From: Squalus acanthias | Taxonomy: Eukaryota | NCBI GenBank assembly: GCA_030390025.1 | Contig: JASTWF010000033.1 | Coordinates: forward strand, 1,800,001-1,864,000 | Reading direction: 5' to 3' | Length of the DNA: 64,000 nucleotides | Shown: positions 21,916-34,500 of the stretch, in pieces | How the letters are laid out: every line of letters starts with the position of its first letter | Position numbering within the stretch: position 1 is the stretch's first letter | Notes under the pieces: model-generated | Database searches by the model: none | What the model saw: the letters and a program-made list of their open reading frames with translations, nothing else | What the model was told of the DNA's origin: nothing | Position numbers and translations under genes: made by a program

Positions 21916-23653
21916 CTCAACTCCTGGCATTTGTGCAGTACGGGTCCCAGCTGCTGGAGTCCTTCACAGTGAATGGAGCAGCCTCCTAGATCGAGTTCTT
22001 TTATTGTATCACAGGGTCCAATGACATGAGACAGGATCGCACAGTCAATCGGGGTCAATCTCAATTCACTAAATGTAAGTATTTCCACAGATACCACTGT
22101 TCTCCGAGCCAGTGCTCGATTCTGAGACTCAAACAGGTAGTGGAATGTGTTCAGGAGGTTCCTTTTCCCAGTTTCACTCTCTGTGTTCCCAATCTGTCCC
22201 TCAACCTTCTCCATCATCCATTCAATCACTCGGCAGGTGGTTTGATGAAGAAATGGACCCAGAAACTCCTCCAGGGGCCGAGCTGCCTGTGGGGAGGAGA
22301 GACCAGCAACAAAACGGAGAAATATCTCAAATCGCCCATCTTCCTTGCTGTGGGCTACTCTGAGGAGTTTCAGGATGTCCCCGGGATCTGGAGACAGGAA
22401 TTGTGTGAGTGCGGCTACAAACTCTTGGATGGTGAGGTGTGGGAATGTGTACACCACGCTCTGGGCAGATTCATCTCTGTCTAAAAGTTCCATCATGAAC
22501 CCAGACAGGAACTGGGAAGGTTGCAGATTGTACTTGATCAAATCTCCATTTCCAAACACAATCTTCTTCTCGGAGACTCCTGTGAAGGCCATCTCACCAA
22601 GCTTCAGTAACACATCTCGGGGGCTTTCAATCTCTCGGCCATGGTTTTTCAGAATGTTGTAAATATAGTAGGAATATATTTGGGTGATGGTCTTTGGAAC
22701 TCGCTGCTGATTCCTGTCTCTTTGTGTAAAGAAGGGACCCAGTGACAGACCGAGGATCCAGCAGTAGGAAGGGTTGTAGCACATGGTGTACAGGATCTCG
22801 TTCTCCTCCACGTGTTTGAAAACAGCTGCTGCCACCGTCTGATCTTCAAAAAACTTGTTGAAATATTCCTTCCGTTCCTCACCAACAAATCCCAGGATTT
22901 CAGCCCAGACACTGATCTCAGCCTTTTCCAATAAATGTAATGCAGAAGGGCGGCTGGTCACTAGCACTGAACATCCTGGGAGCAGCTTATGCTGTATTAA
23001 ACTGTACACAATGTCAGACACTTCACACCAGCATTCAGGATCTGTGCACATGTGGTGAGGTTCTGTATTTCTCCGATTGTCAGTAAAATTGATCCCGTCC
23101 TTGAATTCATCCAAACCATCGAATATAAACAGCAATCCCTCTGGGTTCTTCCAGAGCTCTCTCAGAATATTCCCAAAGTAAGGATACAGATCTAGTATCA
23201 GATTCCTCAGGTTTATTCTACAGTTAATAGCGTTCAAATCCCGGACTTTAAAGCTGAAAACAAATTGAAAGTTTGGGTATATTTTCCCAGTGGCCCAGTC
23301 ATGAACAATTTTTTGTACCATTGTTGTTTTTCCAATCCCCGGGACTCCGCTCACTGCTCCTGAACTCCCAGATTTGGATTCTCTCCGGGAATAACTGCTG
23401 TGGAATAATTGATCTGTTCGGATTTTCTCCAGTTCTCCCCGGAGATGTTTCTCTCTCCAATCTTCATGGTCTCGGCCTCTTGCCAGCAGTTCATGTTCTA
23501 CAAGTTTACGATCTCGAACAGTAGAAATGACCGTTAGCTCAGCGTATCGATCAACCAGCTGGAAAATCTTAACCTTCTCCTTTATTAGGATAGTGTTCAC
23601 TCTCAGTGTTTCAGTTTGTACTCAGAGTGTTTCCTTGTGTTTCTGCTGAACAT
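21916..23653 (-). pseudogene. NLR (NLRC3/NLRP3-like, chondrichthyan-type) NACHT exon: pre-NACHT region, NACHT, WH/HD2 and first LRR; carries a premature stop
   Basis: Walker A GVPGIGKTT, Walker B LLFIFDGLDE, sensor-1 VLVTSR, WH motif FPHLTIQEF, LRR start IKELDLGGCSI. Acceptor ttgaag|AT at 23653 and donor TTGAG|GTAAC at 21916. In-frame TGA at 23624-23622 (DVQQKHKETL*VQTETLRVNT). Family call is firm; pseudogene status is likely, not proven. Confidence 0.88.
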
Positions 23654-24070
23654 CTTCAATTAGAACAGACAGAAAGTGGTCTCAATGTTAGTAGTATTGA
23701 CAAAAAACAACTTCTCAATACTATTTAATGTTCAGTAAAATACTGCAAGATTTAATTCACAGCTTTAATAGAGGTGCGTGTAGAAATTAAATCTCAATTA
23801 ATGGAAACCTCATTTGAAAGTGAACAATGGCTGAGAAAAGTTTCGAATCCACACTTGATTCTAATATTCACTGAACATGGAGATTTGAATGAAGGTGATA
23901 TTTTCCCTCTGATGGTTAATACAACCCGGCCAGCCTGTGCTTTAGAAATCACATTACAAATCCACACATGATTCTGTTTATAAGATATTAGAAGTTCCAG
24001 TGGATCAATCTGTGAAACCGTCACTGGTGCTTTCCTTCTGCAGCAATGGAAAACCGGGTTGATTGCTCAC

Positions 24071-24144
24071 CGAGAGGGACAATGTGCAGAAGATCCGCCG
24101 TTGCTGTACAGACCGTGGGCAGGTTATCTGGGGTAGTGTGCGCA
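24071..24144 (-). other. Possible small upstream exon of the NLR locus (74 bp, or 57 bp from an alternative acceptor at 24127)
   Basis: Donor TCG|GTGAGC at 24071, acceptor tctgtccctctcccag and a CACTAAC branch motif. Frame (AHTTP)DNLPTVCTATADLLHIVPL is open and ends in phase 1, compatible with the NACHT exon. No homology recognised. Confidence 0.3.
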
Positions 24145-24546
24145 CTGGGAGAGGGACAGACTGTGAATGGACAGAAGTTCCACCGTTAGTGTGTCAGGTC
24201 CTGGGCAGGTTATCTGGGATAGTGTGGGCACTGGGAGAGGTACAGACTGTGAATGTACAGAAGTTCCACCGTTAGTGTGTCAGGTCCTGGGCAGGTTATC
24301 TGGGGTACTGTGTGCACTGGAAGAGGGACAGACTGTGAATGTACAGAAGTTCCACCGTTATTGTGTCAGGTCCTGGGCAGGTTATCTGGGGTAGTGTGGG
24401 CACTGGGAGAGGGACAGACTGTGAATGGACAGAAGTTCCACCGTTAGTGTGTCAGGTCCTGGGCAGGTTATCTGGGGCAGTGTGGGTACTGGGAGAGGGA
24501 CAGTCTGTGAATGGACAGAAGTTCCACCGTTAGTGTGTCAGGTCAT
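24117..24546. repeat. 86-bp minisatellite, 5 copies
   Basis: GGGCAGGTTATCTGGG recurs at 24117, 24203, 24289, 24375 and 24461. Confidence 0.95.
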
Positions 24547-25538
24547 GGCAGTTATTGTGTGCACTTCTAATCACAGGAAGAATATTATTGAAATGGTGAA
24601 GGTGCAGAGAGAAATAAGATGATTGTGTGTGTCAGGAATTGATCAGAATATCTAACGGAAGTCAAAAATTAATGCGGAATGAGACTCACAATGAACAGAA
24701 TTAATTAAGAGAAAACTGACACTAACACGCCAGGACTAAGAAGGGAAATCAGGGAAATCTTGTTCACCAAAGGGTAATAGAGCGGGAGACCAGTTACCAG
24801 GGAGGACACTAAGCGGCAGGTTAATTGGGGACAAGAGACAATTGGATGTGTTTCTGTGGATACACTGAGAGGAGGGGCAGGTGGGTTCATCTCTAACAGG
24901 ACAGACTGGATTGGACCAAAGTGGCCTTTTGTTCCCCTAAACATCCTCCTGTTGTGTTTCAGAAAATGCGATCAGCTTTCAGTGATTTTACATTTATATT
25001 ATTTTTAGATAACAGTCTCATCAGATAACCGATCAGAATCAGAAATAGAACTACTGCCCACTTCACTTAGTCTTACGTTAGGGAAGAAAAGACAGAGTTC
25101 ATTTCAACAGTTACTATTATTAAACTCCATCGTTTCATTTGGATACGAGTTTCCTATAATGCAGTTTTGAAAATTACAAATATGTTTCTGATAATCAGTA
25201 AATTGGGATTCAAAATGCCCCTGAATGAAATGACGGTTCATTCAGTACAAGATTCTCTGTGCCGAGTTTGTCTGTTTTACTGCCAGAGGTAATCGGCCCG
25301 ATCAATTTCAAATCACCCATAACATGGCCTTTTCCTCATGTTCCTCCTCAGTTAATGTTTGATTGTGTGAAACTCTGAACATCTGCTCAGATTAGATCGA
25401 ACACTATCTGACTTTCATGATGTGATGTACAATGGTAATGCGTAACATTTTCCCATTTCTCCAACTGGTTTCTGACATTTTGTGCTGAATAGCAGCCCAG
25501 GGGCAGAGACAACTTCCACATCAGGCACAAAGGCATTT

Positions 25539-28500
25539 GTTTCACACGGAATAATGATCTTGCCAGGTGTATATGTGGTTTCACAGTGTATCAGGATCCT
25601 GCCAGGTGTGTATGGTGTTTCACAGTGTATCAGGATCCTGCCAGGTGTGTATGGAGTTTCACAGTGTATCAGAATCCTGCCACGTGTGTATGGAGTTTCA
25701 CAGTGTATCAGGATCCTGCCAGGTGTGTATGGGGTTTCACAGTGTATCAGGATCCTGCAAGGTGTGTATGTGGTTTCACAATGTATCAGGTATCCTGCCA
25801 GGTGTGTATCGGGTTTCACAGTGTATCAGGATCCTGCCTGGTGTGTATGGGGTTTCACAGTGTATCAGGATCCTGCCAGGTGAGTATGGGGTTTCACAGT
25901 GTATCAGGATCCTGCCAGGTGTGCATGGGGTTTCACAGTGTATCAGGATGCTGCCAGGTGTGTATGGGGTTTGAGTTTATCAGGATCCTGCCAGGTGTGT
26001 ACGGGGTTTCACAGTGTATCAGGTTCCTGTCAGGTGTGAATGTGAATTAACAATGTATCAGGATCCTGCCAGGAGTGTATGGGGTTTCACAGTTGATCAG
26101 GATCCTGCCAGGTGTGTATGGGGTTTCACAGTGTATCGGGATCCTGCCAGGTGTGTATGGGGTTTCAGTGTATCAGGATCCTGCCTGGCGTGTATGGGGT
26201 TTCACAGTGTATCAGGATCCTGCCAGGTGTGTATGGGGTTTAGGTGTATCAGGATCCTGCCAGGTGTGTAAACATAGAAACATAGAAACATAGAATCTAG
26301 GAGCAGGAGTAGGCCATTCGGCCCATCGAGCCTGCTCCACCATTCAATACGATCATGGCTGATCATCCAAATCCAGTACCCTGTCCCTGCTTTAATCCCC
26401 ACAGTACACATATCCCACCCGACCCCCGTAACCCCACGTATTTTATTCCCCCTAACATATCCCATCCTATCCCCATAACCCCACATATTCAATCCCCCTC
26501 TAACACTAAGGGTCAATTTATCATAGCCAAATCAACCTAACCCGCACATTTTTGGACTGTGGGAGGAAACCGGAGCACCCGGAGGAAACCCACGCAGACA
26601 CGGGGAGAATGTGCAAACTCCACACAGACAGTCACCCGAGGTCAGATTCGAACCCGGGTCTCTGGCGCTGTGAGGCACCAGTGCTAACCACTATGCCACC
26701 GTGTTGCCCATGGGGTTTCACAGTGTATCAGGGTCCTACCAGGTGAGTATTGGGTTTCACAGTGTATCAGGATCCTGCCAGGTGTGAATGGGGTTTCACA
26801 GTATATCAGGGTCCTGCCAGGTGTGTTTGGGGTTTCACAGTGTATCAGGATCCTGCCTGGTGTGTTTGGGGTTTCACAGTGTATCAGGATCCTGCCAGGT
26901 GTGTATGGGGTTTCACAGTGTATCAGGATCCTGCCTGGTGTATATGGGGTTTCACAGTGTATCAGGATCCTGCCAGGTGTGTATGGGGTTTCACTGTTTA
27001 TCAGGATCATGCCAGGTGTGTATGGGGTTTCATTGTGTATCAGGATCCTGCCAGGTGTGTATGGGGTTTCACAGTGTATCAGGATCCTGCCAGGTGTGTA
27101 TGGGGTTTCAAAGTGTATCAGAATCCTGCCAGGTGTGTATGGGTTTTCAAAGTGTATCAGAATCCTGCCAGGTGGATATGGGGTTTCACAGTGTATCAGG
27201 ATCCTGCCAGGTGTGTATGGGGTTTCAGTGTATCAGGATCAAGTCAGGTGTGTATGGGGTTTCTCATTGTATCAGGATCCTGCCAGGTGTGTATGGTGTT
27301 TCTCAGTGTATCAAGATCCTGTCAGGTGTGTTTGTGTTTTCAGTGTATCAGGATCCTGCCAGGTGTGTATGGGGTTTCTCAGTGTATCAAGATCCTGTCA
27401 GGTTTGTATGGAGTTTCACAGTGTATCAGGATCCTGCCAGGTGTGTATGGGGTTTCACAGTGTACCAGGATCCTGCCAGGTGTGTATGGGGTTTCTCAGT
27501 GTATCAAGATCCTGTCAGGTGTGTATGGAGTTTCACAGTGTACCAGGATCCTGCCAGGTGTGTATGGTGTTTCACAGTGTATCAGGATCCTGCCAGATGT
27601 GTATGGGGTTTCTCAGTGTATCAAGATCCTGTCAGGTGTGTATGGGGTTTCACAGTGTATCAGGATAGTGCCAGGTGTGTATGGGGTTTCACAGTGTATC
27701 AGGATCCTGCCAGGTGTGTATGGGGTTTCAGTGTATCAGGATCCTGCCAGATGTGTATGGGGTTTCACAGTGCATCAGGATCCTTCCAGGTGTGTTTGGG
27801 GTTTCACAGTCTATCAGGAGCCTGCCAGGTGTGTATGGGGTTTCACAGTTGATCAGGATCCTGCCAGGTGTGTATGGGGTTTCACAGTGTATCGGGATCC
27901 TGCCAGGTGTGTATGGGGTTTCAGTGTATCAGGATCCTGCCAGGAGTGTATGGGGTTTCACAGTTGATCAGGATCCTGCCAGGTGTGTATGGGGTTTCAT
28001 TGTATCAGGATCCTGCCAGGTGTGAATGGGGTTTAGGTGTATCAGGATCCTGCCAGGTGTGTATGGGGTTTCACAGTGTATCAGGGTCCTACCAGGTGAG
28101 TATTGGGTTTCACAGTGTATCAGGATCCTGCCAGGTGTGTATGGGGTTTCACAGTGTATCAGGATCCTGCCAGGTGTGTTTGGGGTTTACAGTGTATCAG
28201 GATCCTGCCAGGTGTGTATGGGGTTTCACAGTGTATCAGGATCCTGCCAGGTGTATATGGGGTTTCACAGTGTATCAGGATCCTGCCAGGTGTGTATGGG
28301 GTTTCACAGTGTATCAGGATCCTGCCAGGTGTGTATGGGGTTTCATGTGTATCAGGATCCTGCCAGGTGTGTATGGGGTTTCACAGTGTATCAGGATCCT
28401 GCCAGGTGTGTATGGGGTTTCTCAGTGTATCAGGATCCTGTCAGGTGTGTATGGGGTTTCTCAGTGTATCAGGATCCTGCCAGGTGTGTATGGTGTGTCT

Positions 28501-31500
28501 CAGTGTATCAGATCCTGTCAGGTGTGTATGGGTTTCAGTGTATCAGGATCCTGTCAGGTGTGTATGGGGTTTCACAGTGTATCAGGATCCTGCCAGGTGT
28601 GTATCGGGTTTCACAGTGTATCAGGATCCTGCCAGGTGTGTATGGGTTTCACAGTGTATCAGGATCCTGCCAGGTGTGTATGGGGTTTCACAGTGTATCA
28701 GGATCCTGCCAGATGTGTATGGGGTTTCACAGTGTATCAAGATCCTGCCAGGTGTGTATGGGGTTTCACAGTGTACCAGGATCCTGCCAGGTGTGTATGG
28801 TGTTTCACAGTGTATCAGGATCCTGCCAGGTGTGTATGGGGTTTCACAGTGTATCAGATCCTGCAGGTGTGTATGGGGTTTCACAGTGTATCAGGATCCT
28901 GCCAGGTGTGTATGGGGTTTCAGTGTATCAGGATCCTGCCAGGTGTGTATGGGGTTTCACAGTGTATCAGGATCCTTCCAGGTGTGTATGGGGTTTCACA
29001 GTGTATCAGGATCCTGCCAGGTGTGTATGGGGTTTCACAGTGTATCAGGATCCTGCCAGGTGTGTATGGGGTTTCACAGTGTATCAGGATCCTGCCAGGT
29101 GTGTATGGGGTTTCACAGTGTATCAGGATCCTGCCAGGTGTGTATGGGGTTTCACAGTGTATCAGGATCCTGCCAGGTGTGTATGGGGTTTCACAGTGTA
29201 TCAGGATCCTGCCAGGTGTGTATGGGTATTCACAGTGTATCAGGATCCTGCCTGGTGTGTATGGGGTTTCACAGTGTATCAGGATCCTGCCAGGTGTGTA
29301 TGGGGTTTCACAGTGAATCAGGATCCTGCCAGGTGTGTATGGGGTTTCAGTGTATCAGGATCCTGCCAGGTGTGTATGGGGTTTCACAGTGTATCAGGAT
29401 CCTGCCAGGTGTGTATGGGGTTTCACAGTGTATCAGGATCCTGCCAGGTGTGTATGGGGTTTCACAGTGTATCAGGATCCTGCCAGGTGTGTATGGGGTT
29501 TCACAGTGTATCAGGATCCTGCCAGGTGTGTATGGGGTTTCAGTGTATCAGGATCCTGCCAGGTGTGTATGGGGTTTCACAGTTGATCAGGATCCTGCCA
29601 GGTGTGTATGGGGTTTCATTGTATCAGGATCCTGCCAGGTGTGTATGGGGTTTCAGTGTTTCAGGATCCTGCCTGGTGTGTATGGGGTTTCACAGTGTAT
29701 CAGGATCCTGCCAGGTGTGTATGGGGTTTAGGTGTATCAGGATCCTGCCAGGTGTGTATGGGGTTTCACAGTGTATCAGGGTCCTACCAGGTGAGTATTG
29801 GGTTTCACAGTGTATCAGGAACCTGCCAGGTGTGTATGGGGTTTCACAGTGTATCAGGGTCTTGCAAGGTGTGTTTGGGGTTTCACAGTGTATCAGGATC
29901 CTGCCAGGTGTGTATGGGGTTTCACAGTGTATCAGGATCCTGCCAGGTGTGTATGGGGTTTCACAGTGTATCAGGAACCTGCCAGGTGTGTATGGGGTTT
30001 CACAGTGTATCAGGATCCTGCCAGGTGTGTATGGGGTTTCACAGTGTATCAGGATCCTGCCAGGTGTGTATGGGGTTTCACAGTGTATCAGGATCCTGCC
30101 AGATGTGTATGGGGTTTCTCAGTGTATCAGGATCCTGCCAGGTGTGTATGGAGTTTCACAGTGTATCAGGATCCTGCCAGGTGTGTATGGGGTTTCACAG
30201 TGTATCAGGATCCTGCCAGGTGTGTATGGGGTTTCTCAGTGTATCAGGATCCTGTCAGGTGTGTATGGGTTTCACAGTGTATCAGGATCCTGCCAGGTGT
30301 GTATGGGGTTTCAGTGTATCAGGATCCTGCCAGGTGTGTATGGGGTTTCACAGTGCATCAGGATCCTTCCAGGTGTGTTTGGGGTTTCACAGTGTATCAG
30401 GAGCCTGCCAGGTGTGTATGGGGTTTCACAGTGTATGAGGAACCTGCCAGGTGTGTATGGGGTTTCACAGTGTATCAGGAACCTGCCAGATGTGTATGGG
30501 GTTTCACAGTGTATCAGGAGCCTGCCAGGTGTGTATGGGGTTTCACAGTGTATGAGGAACCTGCCAGGTGTGTATGGGGTTTCACAGTGTATCAGGATCC
30601 TGCCAGATGTGTATGGGGTTTCACAGTGTATCAGGATCCTGCCAGGTGTGTATGGGGTTTCACAGTGTATCAGGATCCTGCCAGGTGTGTATGGGGTTTC
30701 ACAGTGTATCGGGATCCTGCCAGGTGTTTAGTGTAATTCACAGTGTATCAGGATCCTGCCTGGTGTGTATGGGGTTTCACAGTGTATCAGATTCCTGCTA
30801 GGTGTGTATGGGGTTTCACAGTGAATCAGGATCCTGCCACGTGTGTATGGGGTTTCAGTGTATCAGTATCCTGCCAGGTGTGTATGGGGTTTCACAGTGT
30901 ATCAGGATCCTGCCAGGTGTGTATGGGGTTTCACAGTGTATCAGGATCCTGCCAGGTGTGTATGGGGTTTCACAGTGTATCAGGATCCTGCCAGGTGTGT
31001 ATGGGGTTTCACAGTGTATCAGGATCCTGCCAGGTGTGTATGGGGTTTCAGTGTATCAGGATCCTGCCAGGTGTGTATGGGGTTTCACAGTGTATCAGGA
31101 TCCTGCCAGGTGTGTATGGGGTTTCACAGTGTATCAGGATCCTGCCAGGTGTGTATGGGGTTTCAGTGTATCAGGATCCTGCCAGGTGTGTATGGGGTTT
31201 CACAGTGTATCAGGATCCTGCCAGGTGTGTATGGGGTTTCAGTGTATCAGGATCCTGCCAGGTGTGTATGGGGTTTCACAGTGTATCAGGATCCTGCCAG
31301 GTGTGTATGGGTTTCACAGTGTATCAGGATCCTGCCAGGTGTGTATGGGGTTTCACAGTGTATCAGGATCCTGCAGGTGTGTATGGGGTTTCACAGTGTA
31401 TCAGGATCCTGCCAGGTGTGTATGGGGTTTCACAGTGTATCAGGATCCTGCCAGGTGTGTATGGGGTTTCACAGTGTATCAGGATCCTGCCAGGTGTGTA

Positions 31501-34500
31501 TGGGGTTTCACAGTGTATCAGGATCCTGCCAGGTGTGTATGGGGTTTCACAGTGTATCAGGATCCTGCCAGGTGTGTATGGGGTTTCACAGTGTATCAGG
31601 ATCCTGCCAGGTGTGTATGGGGTTTCACAGTGTATCAGGATCCTGCCAGGTGTGTATGGGGTTTCACAGTGTATCAGGATCCTGCCAGGTGTGTATGGGG
31701 TTTCACAGTGTATCAGGATCCTGCCAGGTGTGTATGGGGTTTCACAGTGTATCAGGATCCTGCCAGGTGTGTATGGGGTTTCACAGTGTATCAGGATCCT
31801 GCCAGGTGTGTATGGGGTTTCACAGTGTATCAGGATCCTGCCAGGTGTGTATGGGGTTTCACAGTGTATCAGGATCCTGCCAGGTGTGTATGGGGTTTCA
31901 CAGTGTATCAGGATCCTGCCAGGTGTGTATGGGGTTTCTCAGTGTATCAGGATCCTGCCAGGTGTGTATGGGGTTTCACAGTGTATCAGGATCCTGCCAG
32001 GTGTGTATGGGGTTTCCAGTGTATCAGGATCCTGCCAGGTGTGTATGGGGTTTCACAGTGTATCAGGATCCTGCCAGGTGTGTATGGGGTTTCACAGTGT
32101 ATCAGGATCCTGCCAGGTGTGTATGGGGTTTCAGTGTATCAGGATCCTGCCAGGTGTGTATGGGGTTTCACAGTGTATCAGGATCCTGCCAGGTGTGTAT
32201 GGGGTTTCACAGTGTATCAGGATCCTGCCAGGTGTGTATGGGGTTTCACAGTGTATCAGGATCCTGCCAGGTGTGTATGGGGTTTCACAGTGTATCAGGA
32301 TCCTGCCAGGTGTGTATGGGGTTTCACAGTGTATCAGGATCCTGCCAGGTGTGTATGGGGTTTCACAGTGTATCAGGATCCTGCCAGGTGTGTATGGGGT
32401 TTCACAGTGTATCAGGATCCTGCCAGGTGTGTATGGGGTTTCACAGTGTATCAGGATCCTGCCAGGTGTGTATGGGGTTTCACAGTGTATCAGGATCCTG
32501 CCAGGTGTGTATGGGGTTTCACAGTGTATCAGGATCCTGCCAGGTGTGTATGGGGTTTCACAGTGTATCAGGATCCTGCCAGGTGTGTATGGGGTTTCAC
32601 AGTGTATCAGGATCCTGCCAGGTGTGTATGGGGTTTCACAGTGTATCAGGATCCTGCCAGGTGTGTATGGGGTTTCACAGTGTATCAGGATCCTGCCAGG
32701 TGTGTATGGGGTTTCACAGTGTATCAGGATCCTGCCAGGTGTGTATGGGGTTTCACAGTGTATCAGGATCCTGCCAGGTGTGTATGGGGTTTCACAGTGT
32801 ATCAGGATCCTGCCAGGTGTGTATGGGGTTTCACAGTGTATCAGGATCCTGCCAGGTGTGTATGGGGTTTCACAGTGTATCAGGATCCTGCCAGGTGTGT
32901 ATGGGGTTTCACAGTGTATCAGGATCCTGCCAGGTGTGTATGGGGTTTCACAGTGTATCAGGATCCTGCCAGGTGTGTATGGGGTTTCACAGTGTATCAG
33001 GATCCTGCCAGGTGTGTATGGGGTTTCACAGTGTATCAGGATCCTGCCAGGTGTGTATGGGGTTTCACAGTGTATCAGGATCCTGCCAGGTGTGTATGGG
33101 GTTTCACAGTGTATCAGGATCCTGCCAGGTGTGTATGGGGTTTCACAGTGTATCAGGATCCTGCCAGGTGTGTATGGGGTTTCACAGTGTATCAGGATCC
33201 TGCCAGGTGTGTATGGGGTTTCAGTGTATCAGGATCCTGCAGGTGTGTATGGGGTTTCACAGTGTATCAGGATCCTGCCAGGTGTGTATGGGGTTTCACA
33301 GTGTATCAGGATCCTGCCAGGTGTGTATGGGGTTTCAGTGTATCAGGATCCTGCCAGGTGTGTATGGGGTTTCACAGTGTATCAGGATCCTGCCAGGTGT
33401 GTATGGGTTTCACAGTGTATCAGGATCCTGCCAGGTGTGTATGGGGTTTCACAGTGTATCAGGATCCTGCCAGGTGTGTTTGGGGTTTCACAGTGTATCA
33501 GGATCCTGCCAGGTGTGTATGGGGTTTCACAGTGTATCAGGATCTGCCAGGTGTGTATGGGGTTTCACAGTGTATCAGGATCCTGCCAGGTGTGTATGGG
33601 GTTTCACAGTGTATCAGGATCCTGCCAGGTGTGTATGGGGTTTCACAGTGTATCAGATCCTGCCAGGTGTGTATGGGGTTTCACAGTGTATCAGGATCCT
33701 GCCAGGTGTGTATGGGGTTTCAGTGTATCAGGATCAAGTCAGGTGTGTATGGGGTTTCACAGTGTATCAGGATCCTGCCAGGTGTGTATGGGTTTCTCAG
33801 TGTATCAGGATCCTGTCAGGTGTGTTTGGGTTTCAGTGTATCAGGATCCTGTCAGGTGTGTATGGGGTTTCACAGTGTATCAGGATCCTGCCAGGTGTGT
33901 ATGGGGTTTCACAGTGTATCAGGATCCTGCCAGGTGTGTATGGGTTTCACAGTGTATCAGGATCCTGCCAGGTGTGTATGGGGTTTCACAGTGTATCAGG
34001 ATCCTGCCAGGTGTGTATGGGGTTTCACAGTGTATCAGGATCCTGCCAGGTGTGTATGGGGTTTCAGTGTATCAGGATCCTGCCAGGTGTGTATGGGGTT
34101 TCACAGTGTATCAGGATCCTGCCAGGTGTGTATGGGGTTTCACAGTGTATCAGGATCCTGCCAGGTGTGTATGGGGTTTCACAGTGTATCAGGATCCTGC
34201 CAGGTGTGTATGGGGTTTCACAGTGTATCAGGATCCTGCCAGGTGTGTATGGGGTTTCACAGTGTATCAGGATCCTGCCAGGTGTGTATGGGGTTTCACA
34301 GTGTATCAGGATCCTGCCAGGTGTGTATGGGGTTTCACAGTGTATCAGGATCCTGCCAGGTGTGTATGGGTATTCACAGTGTATCAGGATCCTGCCAGGT
34401 GTGTATGGGGTTTCACAGTGTATCAGGCATCCTGCTAGGTGTGTATAGGGGTTTCACAGTGTATCAGGATCCTGCCACGTGTGAATGGGGTATCAGTGTA

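Noticed and set aside
21912..23600. 562-aa ORF as a complete single-exon gene
   Set aside because: The start is an internal GTG after a premature TGA and the stop lies in the splice donor; it is an internal exon.
24550..25538. N-terminal death-fold/PYD exon or promoter of the NLR
   Set aside because: No recognisable open frame or convincing splice-site pair was found by eye; a tBLASTn search would be needed.
26640..26709. tRNA gene
   Set aside because: The A and B boxes belong to the SINE head, which continues into the V-domain and LINE-derived tail.
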